Shown: in pieces, positions 9,806 to 19,394 of the stretch
Layout: the number at the start of each line of letters is the position of its first letter
Numbering within the stretch: the stretch's first letter is position 1
IMG/VR virus record: IMGVR_UViG_3300049988_000375
Span: 17,354-81,353 of that record
Direction: 5' to 3' (one strand)
DNA: 64,000 nt
Origin: a virus
Lineage: Duplodnaviria; Caudoviricetes
Translations under genes and position numbers: made by a program
The notes under the pieces: generated by a model
What the model saw: only the letters and a program-made list of their open reading frames with translations
Database searches by the model: none
What the model was told of the DNA's origin: nothing

Positions 9806-10557
9806 TGCAACCCGACTACCCCCGCGACTTCCTAGCCCGCCCTGCTGCCGATAGGACAGACGTGGCCGCCCGTCAGATTCTCAATATCCTGACGGGCGGG
9901 CAACCCACGGCCGACGCGGCAATCAGCCTCGTGGAGTGCAAGCTGGCCTACGTGCAGGTGCGGCAGTCGATGCAGGGCGAGATTGACCGCCTGAACTCGG
10001 AACGGCTCTACAAGGACGCGGAGGAACGCCGGGCGTTTGACAAGGCCGAATACCTCACCGACCTCGAAGCCATCTACAAGCTGGGCGGCACCTCGGACGA
10101 CCATATCGTGACGCTCACCGACTGGCCGGTACTCTACGACGAGCGCCAAGAGTTGTATTACTCGGTGCTGCCCGACAACTACGTGAACGCGAAGAAGTAC
10201 CAGAACCTACCGGGCGAGGAACAGATTCGCAGCGTTGAGCCCATGCGCTACGCTGAGCGCCGCCTTCGCTCGTATCGGGTGCTGGCGGCCGGTGAGCGCC
10301 GCCTGTTGCGCGGCTTGCAGGGCCACATCGCCGCTGAGCGCGAGGGCGCCCGCATCCTCTACTACCCCGAGCTGGGGCAGAAGGTGGTAGACAAAACCCT
10401 GCTCATCAAATTCGTGCTGCGCCCCGTGCGCGACCAACTGCCTGCCCCCGGCCTGTTGCTCGACGCGCAGGACGACATGATTATTCCGAAGGCTGTGGCC
10501 CTGCTCACCCGCCGCGCCCCGGTTGATTCCAAGAACGACGCTAACCCCACTTTGTAA
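9805..10557 (+). CDS. Putative tail ring protein
   Basis: 250 aa; size and synteny. Confidence 0.55.
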   Translation: MQPDYPRDFLARPAADRTDVAARQILNILTGGQPTADAAISLVECKLAYVQVRQSMQGEIDRLNSERLYKDAEERRAFDKAEYLTDLEAIYKLGGTSDDHIVTLTDWPVLYDERQELYYSVLPDNYVNAKKYQNLPGEEQIRSVEPMRYAERRLRSYRVLAAGERRLLRGLQGHIAAEREGARILYYPELGQKVVDKTLLIKFVLRPVRDQLPAPGLLLDAQDDMIIPKAVALLTRRAPVDSKNDANPTL

Positions 10558-10615
10558 TGAAGCCTAACCAAGAACTAGAGGACGTTATCGCCATCATGGA
10601 CTTACTGTTTCACAA

Positions 10616-10777
10616 ATGAGCCGCACGACAAAAGCTAAGCTAACGGGGGCTAAAGCAGTAGCGCACTCTTGCCGCAATAACGGCACCTGCGCTTGGTGTA
10701 CCACGGCGCGGACTATTTCATCACTACGGCAGCTAGACGCTACGGCGGAGAAGCTAAGTGAAGCCAAAACGCAATAA
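10616..10777 (+). CDS. Small Cys-motif protein (53 aa, CRNNGTCAWC; not in the track)
   Basis: Hand translation MSRTTKAKLTGAKAVAHSCRNNGTCAWCTT...; stop abuts the next start. Confidence 0.55.
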   Translation: MSRTTKAKLTGAKAVAHSCRNNGTCAWCTTARTISSLRQLDATAEKLSEAKTQ

Positions 10778-11512
10778 ATGCCCCAATCCTACACCACCGT
10801 TGACGCCGTAATTACCCAAGCCTGCCACAAGCTGGGCGATACGGGGATGCGCAAGTACGGCCAACTGCTCGCCCACGCCCTGACGTGGTTTCAGGCCGAC
10901 TACAACGCTGAAAGCGGGCAGACCATTCGCACGGTGCGCCTCGACGTCGGGCCTGACCGCACGGCCAACCTACCCGACGACTACCTAGACTTCGTGGTGG
11001 TGGGCCGCCCCTACGGCGATAGAATCCGCACGCTGGCCCACAACCCTAAGCTAAGCCCGCTGCCCGCCACAGAGCCCTGGCTTGACCGCTGCGCCCTCGA
11101 TGCCGTGCCGCAGGACTGGTGGCCGTGCTACGAGTACGCGGGGTGGGAGGGGGGCACCCTCTGCGGCTACGGGTGGGGTGAATACCGCGAGGAATTTACC
11201 ATTGACCTGCACGAACGCACGCTGCGCCTCTCGTCGCTGCTGGGCACCGAGGAACCGCTGTTCTTTCAGTACATAAGCAACGACCTGAACCCCGGCAAGC
11301 CCACGCCGCTACACCCAGCCTACGCCCTGTCGCTGGAATACTGGCTACTCTGGCAAATGGCCCTGCGCCCACCCGCGCAGAACCTCTCCAACGCCCGCGA
11401 ATACGAACGGCTCTACTACAAGGCCAAAGCCCGTGCTAAAGCGCAGCTAGACCCCTTCTCCTACGCCGACCTGAACGCAATCATTCGCCAGTCTTACAAC
11501 CAAATCCGCTAG
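10778..11512 (+). CDS. Tail tubular/ring protein
   Basis: 244 aa; LPDDYLDFVVVG and LFFQYIS segments; precedes the large tail stabilisation gene. Confidence 0.65.
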   Translation: MPQSYTTVDAVITQACHKLGDTGMRKYGQLLAHALTWFQADYNAESGQTIRTVRLDVGPDRTANLPDDYLDFVVVGRPYGDRIRTLAHNPKLSPLPATEPWLDRCALDAVPQDWWPCYEYAGWEGGTLCGYGWGEYREEFTIDLHERTLRLSSLLGTEEPLFFQYISNDLNPGKPTPLHPAYALSLEYWLLWQMALRPPAQNLSNAREYERLYYKAKARAKAQLDPFSYADLNAIIRQSYNQIR

Positions 11513-11515
11513 CAA

Positions 11516-11920
11516 GTGAAGTCGCACGAGCTGTTTGAGTTGCTGCAATGGGTGAAAGGCCAGGCTGAACACGCGGTAGAGCGGGCAGACTTCTTTGCAG
11601 GCAAGAGCACCGCATCCTACGCCCGCACGGCCGCAAAGAATTGGCAGGGCTGGGCAGAAAAACAAGCTCTTGTCTGCGAGGCTCTACAGGAGCTAATGGG
11701 CATTCAGAATTTCGATGTGATTAAGGGCGAAGAAAGGCATGAAAATCCGCTTTATGTCGGAGAAACCAGCACGCGCCCAAGCATGATGTTTTGGTCCCTC
11801 GAATACAATTGGGATAAAATAGGGCTAGAAGAATTGGAGGGGCGTTTAACCTATGTGCGTGAGTGCAAAAAGCGCCAGATACTACACTTCGCTCAGCAAG
11901 AACTAATTGATGCCGACTAG
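11516..11920 (+). CDS. Hypothetical protein
   Basis: 134-aa lower-GC ORF overlapping the next gene. Confidence 0.5.
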   Translation: MKSHELFELLQWVKGQAEHAVERADFFAGKSTASYARTAAKNWQGWAEKQALVCEALQELMGIQNFDVIKGEERHENPLYVGETSTRPSMMFWSLEYNWDKIGLEELEGRLTYVRECKKRQILHFAQQELIDAD

Positions 11921-14900
11921 TCGCCACACCTTCGCCCGCCTCGACACCGACACTGCTGCCAGCGCCAAGCCGGCCAGCTCGTTCGACGCGGCCCTGAACA
12001 TCGCCCTCGAACCCGGCTACGTAACCGCTGTAGCTGGGAACGTAGCGGTGGGCTACGACCTGCCCCCCACGGGCACGAACAGGCGGCTGGGGGGCTTCGC
12101 AGATGGCAGCACGGGCGCGGTGGTATCGCTGCTCTACAACTCGTCGGGCCGGCACCGACTGGTGCGCTACGACCCGCTGGGCAACGGCGGGGCGGGCAGT
12201 GAAACCACGCTGCTCGAATGGGGCGGCCTGAACCTGTCACCTGACCTAGTGCCGCAGGGTGGGATTGTGGACGGACTGCTTACCTACCTCGGCGCCGATG
12301 GGCTGCTGCGGAGCGTGAACCTAGAGCGGGTAGCGGCGGGCTTCTACACCCCGGCGCTTCTCGCGGCGGAGCCCTTTTGCCTGCACGAAGTAAAGCCGCC
12401 GCCCACCGTGAACGCGCCTACGGCCGTGCGCCGGGTGGGCACGGGGGGCGACCCCCGCGAGAACCTGCGCATCATTCAGCCCAAAGCCTACCAGTTCGCG
12501 TGCCGCTGGCATTTCCTCGACGGGGAGGTGTCGGTGCTCTCGCCCTTCTCGCCGTGGCTGGACGTGCTGGAAGACCCCGCCACGACGACCTACAACTACA
12601 TCACCGTCACGCTGCCGCCCGCCCCGGCCGGGGTGTCGTCGGTGGAGGTGCTGACCCGCAACCCCGACACCGATGGCTGGCTAGGCTGCGAAGAACTGAC
12701 CCGCACGGCCAGCGGCTTGCCCGCCAGCTACAACTTCTACGGGGTGCTGAACGGCACGGCCCTCACGGCGGCCGAAGCCATCCGTCTACACGAAGCCGAG
12801 TGGCCCGGCCGCGTGGCTGGCATTGCCCACAGTCGGGCGTTTAAGGCTGACCTGCTCGAAGGCTACGTGACGCCCGAGCCGGCCTTTACGGCTACTGTCA
12901 CCACGGGCAACAGCGGCACGGTGGCGACTGACACGTACAAGCTGGTGGTAGAGTACTTTGAGCCCGGCCCGCCCTCGCAAAATGGCGAGCCGGTGCCCGA
13001 TATTATTTCCAGCCAAACCAACTACTTCCTGCTCGCTTCGGGCACTTACCCCGAGCCCACCTCACAGTACAACCCCATTGTTACCCGCAACGACGGGGGG
13101 CAGACGCGCTACACAGCCCGGCGCGATGTGACGCTGAGCTACGCCGACGCCTTCGCCGTTGGCCCACGGGAGACGTACCGCGAGGTGACGATTGAGCGCC
13201 TGGCGCTCTCCGATGGCACGAACGATTTGACGACCTTCCACGAGAACAGCAGCTACCGGGTCGCCGTGCAGTTCTACGATGCGCAGGGCAAGGCGGGCGG
13301 GGTCAGCAAGGCGGTGAGCGTGTTCGTGCCCAAGCGCGAGAAGGGCGACCAGAACTATCGCAGCATTTTAGCCAGTCTCACCACCACCGACTTGGCCGCC
13401 CTGAACGCGGAGATTCCGGCATGGGCATACTCCTACCAGTTCATGGTCGCCCGCAACGACCGCACGCTCTACTTCTTGCAGGGCCAGGCCGCCGACTGCT
13501 TCGGCTACCTCGGCCACACGATTGAGGTAAAAAGCGACGGGACACGGGTAGAGAGCGAGAAGCTGGTGGACATTATCCACAACGCCCACCAAAAGGTGTG
13601 GGTGGATATTGGCAACTTCCCAGCGGCCGGGCAGGGCTACGTGTGGCAGCCGGGCAGCGGCGACGTGCTGCGCTTTCTCAACGAGGACAAGGAGTTTATC
13701 ATCACCAACCAGGTGGGCGACTACCTCGAAGTGCAGTGGGATGGCTACCCCAACCTGAGCGTCGATGCCACCGGGCAGACCGTGGCCCGCATTGAAATCT
13801 ACTCGCCCAACACCACCCAAAGCGCCCTGTTCTACGAGCGCGGCCCGCGCCTGGCTATTCAGCGCACGGGCGCCGGGGAGAGCGAGCAGCGGTCTTATTC
13901 GCAACCGCAAGTGCTGCTAGAGGGCGATTGCTTTCTAGTGAGCCTGCGCTTCCCGCAACTCGACAAGGGGCGCGACAAGGACAACGACGAGAACTACCAG
14001 CCACCCAACAGGAAGTCGTGGCTTTCGGGCACGAGCGATTGGGTGGTGCTAGTGGAAAGCATGGTGCCGCCCTTCCGGCTGGCCCCGGCCACGACCACGA
14101 CCAGCACCATCTACGAGAAGCGCGAGAAAGGCGGCTTCTTTAGCAACCTGGTGAGCAACCCGCTGAACCTGATTGTGCCCGTTTTGGGCGTTATCAGCAG
14201 CATCGACTACCTCACCACCGACGAACCCAAGACGCCCGCTAATTCCGCGGCCACGACGGTAAACGCCGGGCGCACGGCCGCGAACTTCACCTGGCTGGAT
14301 ATGAGCTTCGGCGGGCGGGCCGGGGCGCAGGTGCCGGCTGCGTTGCAGCAGGTACGCCGCGAAAAGACCATTCGCTTCTCGGGCGTGAAGGTAGCGGGTA
14401 CGCTGCTCAACGGCCTGAGCCAGTGGGAAGCCCTGAGCCAGTACGACGAACTGCCGCAGGAGCAGGGGGCCGTAACGAGCCTCACCGTAGCCGACCAGAC
14501 GCAGACCGATGGCAGTATTTTGCTCGCCACCCAGCAGCGCGGCTCGGTGAGTTTGAGCCTTGGCCGCCAGCAGGTGCAAACCGCCGATGGGCAGGCGCTG
14601 CTTTCCATTAGCAAGCAGGTAATTGGCAGCAGCAACGCCCTGCGCGGGGGCTACGGCTGCACCGACCAGGGCAGCGTCGTTGCCTACGCGGGCAAGGTAT
14701 TCTACTACTGCCGCGAGCGCCACGAACTGGTGCGCTACGACCGCAACGGCAACTCGCCGCTGGGCCTCACCTACAAGGCCCGTACGCGCCTGGCGGAACT
14801 GGCCGCCCGGTACGCGGGCGCCGTGGTGCGCGGCTGCTTTCACCCCTACATCGACCGCAAGGAGTACTGGCTGACCTTCGAGCCGGTGGGCGAACTGCCG

Positions 14901-15422
14901 GGCACGACGCTCGTGTATTCCGACCTCTACGAAGCATTTGCCGACGAGCTGAGCTACGCCCCCGAGGCAGGCTTAGCGGCCGGCGCCGAACTGCTTACCT
15001 GGCAGGCGGGCACGCTCTACCGCCACACCCCCGATGCCCCAGCCGCCACCTTCTGCGGGGCTTACACGCCGCCCACCCTCACCTTCACCGTGGCCCAGCC
15101 AGCGGGCGTTGCCAAGCAGTTCAAGGACGTGGGCGTGGAGAGCCGCTCGCTGTGGCTGCCCACGGCCACAGCCACCGATACGCAGCTTAGCAGCCTCATG
15201 CGTAGCGGCTGGTTCACCTACCGCGAAGGCATCTGGCGCGGTGGGCAGCGCAGGGCGACCAACACGCCCGGCTTTGCGACGCCCTTCCACGCCCTCGACC
15301 GGGGCAACCCCCTGGTAGGCGCCGCCCAAACCATCACCCTCACCGCCCCCGAGGGTGCCGCTGGCCTGGTTGCCTGCCAGGTGTCGTGGCTGCCGCGCTC
15401 GGGGCAAGCAATGGGCGCCTAA
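11907..15422 (+). CDS. Tail stabilisation / muzzle-type protein (1171 aa)
   Basis: Beta-propeller-like composition, size and position typical of podovirus nozzle/muzzle genes. Confidence 0.7.
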   Translation: MMPTSRHTFARLDTDTAASAKPASSFDAALNIALEPGYVTAVAGNVAVGYDLPPTGTNRRLGGFADGSTGAVVSLLYNSSGRHRLVRYDPLGNGGAGSETTLLEWGGLNLSPDLVPQGGIVDGLLTYLGADGLLRSVNLERVAAGFYTPALLAAEPFCLHEVKPPPTVNAPTAVRRVGTGGDPRENLRIIQPKAYQFACRWHFLDGEVSVLSPFSPWLDVLEDPATTTYNYITVTLPPAPAGVSSVEVLTRNPDTDGWLGCEELTRTASGLPASYNFYGVLNGTALTAAEAIRLHEAEWPGRVAGIAHSRAFKADLLEGYVTPEPAFTATVTTGNSGTVATDTYKLVVEYFEPGPPSQNGEPVPDIISSQTNYFLLASGTYPEPTSQYNPIVTRNDGGQTRYTARRDVTLSYADAFAVGPRETYREVTIERLALSDGTNDLTTFHENSSYRVAVQFYDAQGKAGGVSKAVSVFVPKREKGDQNYRSILASLTTTDLAALNAEIPAWAYSYQFMVARNDRTLYFLQGQAADCFGYLGHTIEVKSDGTRVESEKLVDIIHNAHQKVWVDIGNFPAAGQGYVWQPGSGDVLRFLNEDKEFIITNQVGDYLEVQWDGYPNLSVDATGQTVARIEIYSPNTTQSALFYERGPRLAIQRTGAGESEQRSYSQPQVLLEGDCFLVSLRFPQLDKGRDKDNDENYQPPNRKSWLSGTSDWVVLVESMVPPFRLAPATTTTSTIYEKREKGGFFSNLVSNPLNLIVPVLGVISSIDYLTTDEPKTPANSAATTVNAGRTAANFTWLDMSFGGRAGAQVPAALQQVRREKTIRFSGVKVAGTLLNGLSQWEALSQYDELPQEQGAVTSLTVADQTQTDGSILLATQQRGSVSLSLGRQQVQTADGQALLSISKQVIGSSNALRGGYGCTDQGSVVAYAGKVFYYCRERHELVRYDRNGNSPLGLTYKARTRLAELAARYAGAVVRGCFHPYIDRKEYWLTFEPVGELPGTTLVYSDLYEAFADELSYAPEAGLAAGAELLTWQAGTLYRHTPDAPAATFCGAYTPPTLTFTVAQPAGVAKQFKDVGVESRSLWLPTATATDTQLSSLMRSGWFTYREGIWRGGQRRATNTPGFATPFHALDRGNPLVGAAQTITLTAPEGAAGLVACQVSWLPRSGQAMGA

Positions 15423-15928
15423 TGCACCTCACCGCCACCCCCTGCCCGCAAGCTGAATGGCCCGCCGCGATTGCCGCCGTATTTCGGGACGATACGCTGC
15501 TGCTCAACTACTACCACGTTGCCGCGCCCTGCGCGCTGGCGAGTGCCGTGGCTGATAGCTACTGCGCGCTGAAAGAGAATGCGGCGCCCGATTTTGTACT
15601 GTACGCTCTGCGCGAGCGCGGGCACCTGGTTGGCATGATAGGGGTGGAGCTGGAAAGCAACTGCCTCGTCACGTTCGGGCTGAACCGCTCGCACCGCACG
15701 GCCGAGGGCGTCACGGCACTGTCCCTAAAAATCCGTACCTTGCTAAATGTCAGGCAGCCTATTTACTGCCTGCTGTACAAGCGCAACCAACCCGCCCGCA
15801 AGTTTCTGCGCCGCATGGGCTTCACGCCCTCGCACGCCCCGCTGACGCACCCAACCACCAGGCAAACCGTCTTTCTCTACACCCTTTACCCCGCTACCCG
15901 ATGCCCGCAGGTGGATTCGCAACCATAG
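15422..15928 (+). CDS. GNAT-family acetyltransferase-like protein
   Basis: LVGMIGV strand and N.PARKFLRRMGF motif; ATG at 15422 overlaps the upstream stop; typical slot before podovirus ejection genes. Confidence 0.6.
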   Translation: MHLTATPCPQAEWPAAIAAVFRDDTLLLNYYHVAAPCALASAVADSYCALKENAAPDFVLYALRERGHLVGMIGVELESNCLVTFGLNRSHRTAEGVTALSLKIRTLLNVRQPIYCLLYKRNQPARKFLRRMGFTPSHAPLTHPTTRQTVFLYTLYPATRCPQVDSQP

Positions 15929-16587
15929 CCGCCCTCGGGGCCGTAAGCGCCGCCCCCAAACTACTCGCTTCCTGGAGCCAGAGCCGGGCGAGTCAGAAGC
16001 TCAAGCTGCAAGACACGCGCCCCGCCTCCTTTCTCGAAAAGCAGCAGCTCGCCCGCCAGGCGGCAGCAGCCGGTGCCCTGCCGGGCCAGGCGATGCAGCA
16101 AGCCCGCCTCGGCATGGTGCAGAACGGGGCGCTGCAAAGTGCCCGCCTCGGGGCGGCCAGCGGCAGTGACTTCCTGGCAAGCGCCGGGGCAGCCGATGCG
16201 CGCCGCATGAGTGGCGAGCAGCAGCTTGGCACGCAGTTCGGCCAGTACACCGACCAGGCACGCCAGCGCCTCGGGCAAGTGCTCGACCAGGACGCTGCCT
16301 ACCGCACCAAAGACCTCGACACCTTCAACCGCACGAAGGCAGCCCTCACGCAGAGCGCGGCCGAAAACCTCGACAACGGGCTGGGTACGCTTGCCTCCTA
16401 CGGGGCGCAGGGCGTGAACATGGGCCTTGCGAGCAAAGCCGCTGGGGCGATGGGTGGGGTGGGCGCCACTAGCCCCTATGCCTCGCCCTACGCGCCCGAC
16501 CTCTACCCGCAAACGGGCGGCGCCTACTTGCCCGGCCAAGTAATGGGCCTGAACCGCCCGCGCTACAACTCACGCCTCGGCTACTAG
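15901..16587 (+). CDS. Small ejection/internal virion protein
   Basis: 228 aa, Gly/Ala/Gln-rich with hydrophobic N-terminal segment. Confidence 0.6.
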   Translation: MPAGGFATIAALGAVSAAPKLLASWSQSRASQKLKLQDTRPASFLEKQQLARQAAAAGALPGQAMQQARLGMVQNGALQSARLGAASGSDFLASAGAADARRMSGEQQLGTQFGQYTDQARQRLGQVLDQDAAYRTKDLDTFNRTKAALTQSAAENLDNGLGTLASYGAQGVNMGLASKAAGAMGGVGATSPYASPYAPDLYPQTGGAYLPGQVMGLNRPRYNSRLGY

Positions 16588-16588
16588 C

Positions 16589-16861
16589 ATGGGACAGCTT
16601 TACCACGGCCACCGCATCTACATTGACGAGGACGACCGCGAGGTTATCCGGCCCGTTTCCTTTCTGTGGGATAACGTGCTGGACCTCGGCGGCAGCAAGG
16701 GCGTCGGGCTGAACTTCAAGAACAGGGAGCCCAAGACCTACGTAACCTTTCCCAACAGCCGGGGCATGTGGATTCTGGCCCCCATTAGCAAAATGCGCCA
16801 CCTGTGGAGCGCCTACCTCGGTGACGAGGTAGAACTAGATTTTTCCATCAACCTCAACTAA
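16589..16861 (+). CDS. Hypothetical protein
   Basis: 90-aa ORF tightly packed in the operon. Confidence 0.55.
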   Translation: MGQLYHGHRIYIDEDDREVIRPVSFLWDNVLDLGGSKGVGLNFKNREPKTYVTFPNSRGMWILAPISKMRHLWSAYLGDEVELDFSINLN

Positions 16862-16870
16862 CCCCGCTTT

Positions 16871-17233
16871 ATGCCCAAGCAAAACCGCCCCGCCGCCGAA
16901 CCCATTGTGACGCCCCACGACCCCGCCAATGATGGGCAAACCCCCAGCGACCCGGCCAACAGCGGCGACGCTATCAATACGCCCGAGGCCACCGAAACCC
17001 CCGAGCTGCAAAGCGACCTCGACAGCATCGTGGACGCCGTAGCGGGCAACGCCCCCGCCGATGGTACGGTGAGCGTGGACTTCGGCAAGGCGGGCAAGCT
17101 CACGGGCTGCCTCGTGCTGAATCACGCCCCTGGCGCCGACTACGCCGCCGACCAAGTGCTGAGCGTACTAGTACCCACCGAGGCCGGCTATGCCTCCATT
17201 CACGTCGAGGGCCGCTACCTGACCGCCGCCTAG
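16871..17233 (+). CDS. Hypothetical protein
   Basis: 120-aa ORF, acidic low-complexity N-terminus. Confidence 0.55.
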   Translation: MPKQNRPAAEPIVTPHDPANDGQTPSDPANSGDAINTPEATETPELQSDLDSIVDAVAGNAPADGTVSVDFGKAGKLTGCLVLNHAPGADYAADQVLSVLVPTEAGYASIHVEGRYLTAA

Positions 17234-17310
17234 CATGAGCGACATTGACGTTGGCTGAGTAAAGCTCGCCGCAAGATTCACCTCCAATTAGTTGCGCAAC
17301 TAGTTTACTA

Positions 17311-17341
17311 TAAGCCCCTGCTACACAGTAGGGGCTTATTT
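17311..17341 (+). terminator. Intrinsic terminator
   Basis: TAAGCCCCT/AGGGGCTTA stem followed by TTT. Confidence 0.65.
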
Positions 17342-17387
17342 GTGCGGGCTTTGTAACTTGCTATCACACCCTCCCCGCCCGCAAGCT

Positions 17388-19142
17388 ATGAATGGCCAGA
17401 TTGCCCCCAACGGCTTCAAAACCGTTGGCAACATCACCTACCTCTACGTGTACCTGCCCCTCGACGGGCGCAGCCTCGTAGCCCGCAAACAGCCTTATTC
17501 GGGCGGGATGCTAATTGACTACGCCACCATTAAAAACGAGGACTTTGACGCGGCACTGGCGGCGCCGGAAAAGCTCGAATACAAGCGCGGCACTGACCTC
17601 GACGCCAACCTAGGCGTACTGTTCAACCAACTCGGCACGGTGAACGCTGCCACGGGTGTTTCCAGTACCGTCACCGACCCGACCGACCGGCCGGGCCGAC
17701 TGCTCGGGCACGTCACGGTGGATAACTTCCCAACTAACTGGACGGGCGGCAGCGCCACGGCGGGCGCCACCGACGTATCAGCCCTCGCTAAAGATGCGAC
17801 GCTCACCGATGGCACGCAGAAGGCGCGGGTGACTAACTGGCCGGCTACCCAACAAGTGGGCGGGTCGGTAGCGGTCAGCAACTTCCCCGCGCCCGTAACG
17901 TCGGTGAGCGTGTCAAACTTGCCCACCACGCAGGCAGTTAGCGGCAGCCTGAGCATAAATAACTTCCCGGCGCCCGTAACCAGCGTGCAGGTGTCTAATT
18001 TGCCCGCTACGCAGCCCGTGAGTGGGCCGCTGACCGATGGACAGCTTCGCAGCGCGCCCGTGGCCGTAGCGGGCGATTTTTACCCCGACACGCAGCAGGT
18101 CAGCATCGCGGTAATGCCCACCACGCCGGTAACGGGCAACTTCTACCCGGCCGTGCAAGCGGTGTCTGGCCCGCTGACGGATAGCCAACTCCGCGCTGCA
18201 CCCGTGGCTGTCAATGGCACCGTGATTGTAGCGAACCCCACCAGCCCCACCGATGTATCGGCGCTGGCAAAGGACGCGACACTGACTAGCGGGGCGCAGA
18301 AAACACAGGTCACCAATACCGTGCCCGTCACTGGCCCCCTCACCGACACCCAGCTTCGGGCTACGGCCCTGCCAGTTGCCGGCGACTTCTACCCGGCTAC
18401 GCAGGCAGTGAGCATCGCCACGATGCCGACTACGCCCGTGGTGGGCACGTTCTGGCAGGCCACGCAGCCCGTTAGTGCCGCCAGCCTACCGTTGCCCGCT
18501 GGTGCAGCCACCGAAGCGACGCTGGCCGCCATAAAAGCCAAGACGGACAATATCGACGTGCTGCTTTCGACGCGCACCAAGCCAGCCGACACGCAGAAAG
18601 TGGATGGGAGCGGGGTAACGCAGCCAGTGAGCGCGGCGGCCTTGCCCTTGCCAGCCGGGGCATCTACGGCGGCCCTGCAAACAAGCATGGGGGCGCAACT
18701 GGCTGCGCTTGTCACAAACTCCCCGACTCTGGTGAGCGGGCGGCTGCCCGTGGACATTGGCGGGGCTACCGTCACGGCCAGCTTCGCGCCCAAGACCAGC
18801 GGCGGCGTGTCGGGCAAGCTCACCCTGGCTAATGGCGTGTCAGCTACCCCCACGGTGGTAAAGGCCACGGCCGGGCAAGTGTACCACCTGTTCGCGGGCA
18901 ACACGTCCAGCTCGGCCGTGTACGTGAACCTCTACGACAAAGCCACTGCCCCCGCAGCCGGCGACACGCCGAAGGAAATGTACCTAGTGCCCGCTGGCGG
19001 GACGCTCAGCCGTGACTTCGTGCTGGGCAGTCAGTTCACCAACGGCATTGGCCTCGCCATCACCTCGAACATCTCGCTGCTCGGCTCACTGACCGGCTTG
19101 CTAACGGCCAATGTGGTAATTGTGACCGTTCACTACGCCTAG
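17388..19142 (+). CDS. Repeat-rich putative fibre/decoration protein
   Basis: Likely start ATG 17388; many TQPVS, GPLTD.QLRA and TDVSALAKDATLT repeats; globular beta C-terminus. Confidence 0.6.
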   Translation: MNGQIAPNGFKTVGNITYLYVYLPLDGRSLVARKQPYSGGMLIDYATIKNEDFDAALAAPEKLEYKRGTDLDANLGVLFNQLGTVNAATGVSSTVTDPTDRPGRLLGHVTVDNFPTNWTGGSATAGATDVSALAKDATLTDGTQKARVTNWPATQQVGGSVAVSNFPAPVTSVSVSNLPTTQAVSGSLSINNFPAPVTSVQVSNLPATQPVSGPLTDGQLRSAPVAVAGDFYPDTQQVSIAVMPTTPVTGNFYPAVQAVSGPLTDSQLRAAPVAVNGTVIVANPTSPTDVSALAKDATLTSGAQKTQVTNTVPVTGPLTDTQLRATALPVAGDFYPATQAVSIATMPTTPVVGTFWQATQPVSAASLPLPAGAATEATLAAIKAKTDNIDVLLSTRTKPADTQKVDGSGVTQPVSAAALPLPAGASTAALQTSMGAQLAALVTNSPTLVSGRLPVDIGGATVTASFAPKTSGGVSGKLTLANGVSATPTVVKATAGQVYHLFAGNTSSSAVYVNLYDKATAPAAGDTPKEMYLVPAGGTLSRDFVLGSQFTNGIGLAITSNISLLGSLTGLLTANVVIVTVHYA

Positions 19143-19143
19143 A

Positions 19144-19184
19144 CCTTACCACTTCGGTAAGGTTAGTTTACCGAAGTGGTAAGG
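19144..19184. repeat. Inverted pair of replication-origin iterons
   Basis: CTTACCACTTCGGTAAG at 19145-19161 and a 16/17 inverted copy at 19167-19183; same unit as at 54970-55100. Confidence 0.9.
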
Positions 19185-19188
19185 TTTG

Positions 19189-19262
19189 CTGCGATTGTCC
19201 GAAAATAAAAGAGTGATTCGCTGCGATTGTCTTTATTATTTAAGAAATATGCAGTACATTTG
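19189..19262 (+). promoter_or_regulatory. Three-site promoter cassette, copy 3
   Basis: CTGCGATT 19189 and 19221, ATATGCAG 19247, TACATTTG 19255. Confidence 0.8.
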
Positions 19263-19268
19263 TAAAAG

Positions 19269-19394
19269 AACACGAGGGCATTCGTGTTGCAGAGACATAA
19301 CAAGTAGAACAAACCGGTCAGCCGGGATGGGCTCATCCCCCTGCTACTTGCCAGCCCCCGCAACGGAATGCCCTCCGTTCGGGGGCTTTTTGTT
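19269..19394 (+). ncRNA. Candidate small RNA / attenuator leader ending in an intrinsic terminator
   Basis: Hairpin AACACGA/TCGTGTT; stem CAAGTAG/CTACTTG with inner GGGATG/CATCCC; terminator AGCCCCC/GGGGGCT plus T run; complementary loops GGGCAT/ATGCCC. Confidence 0.55.
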
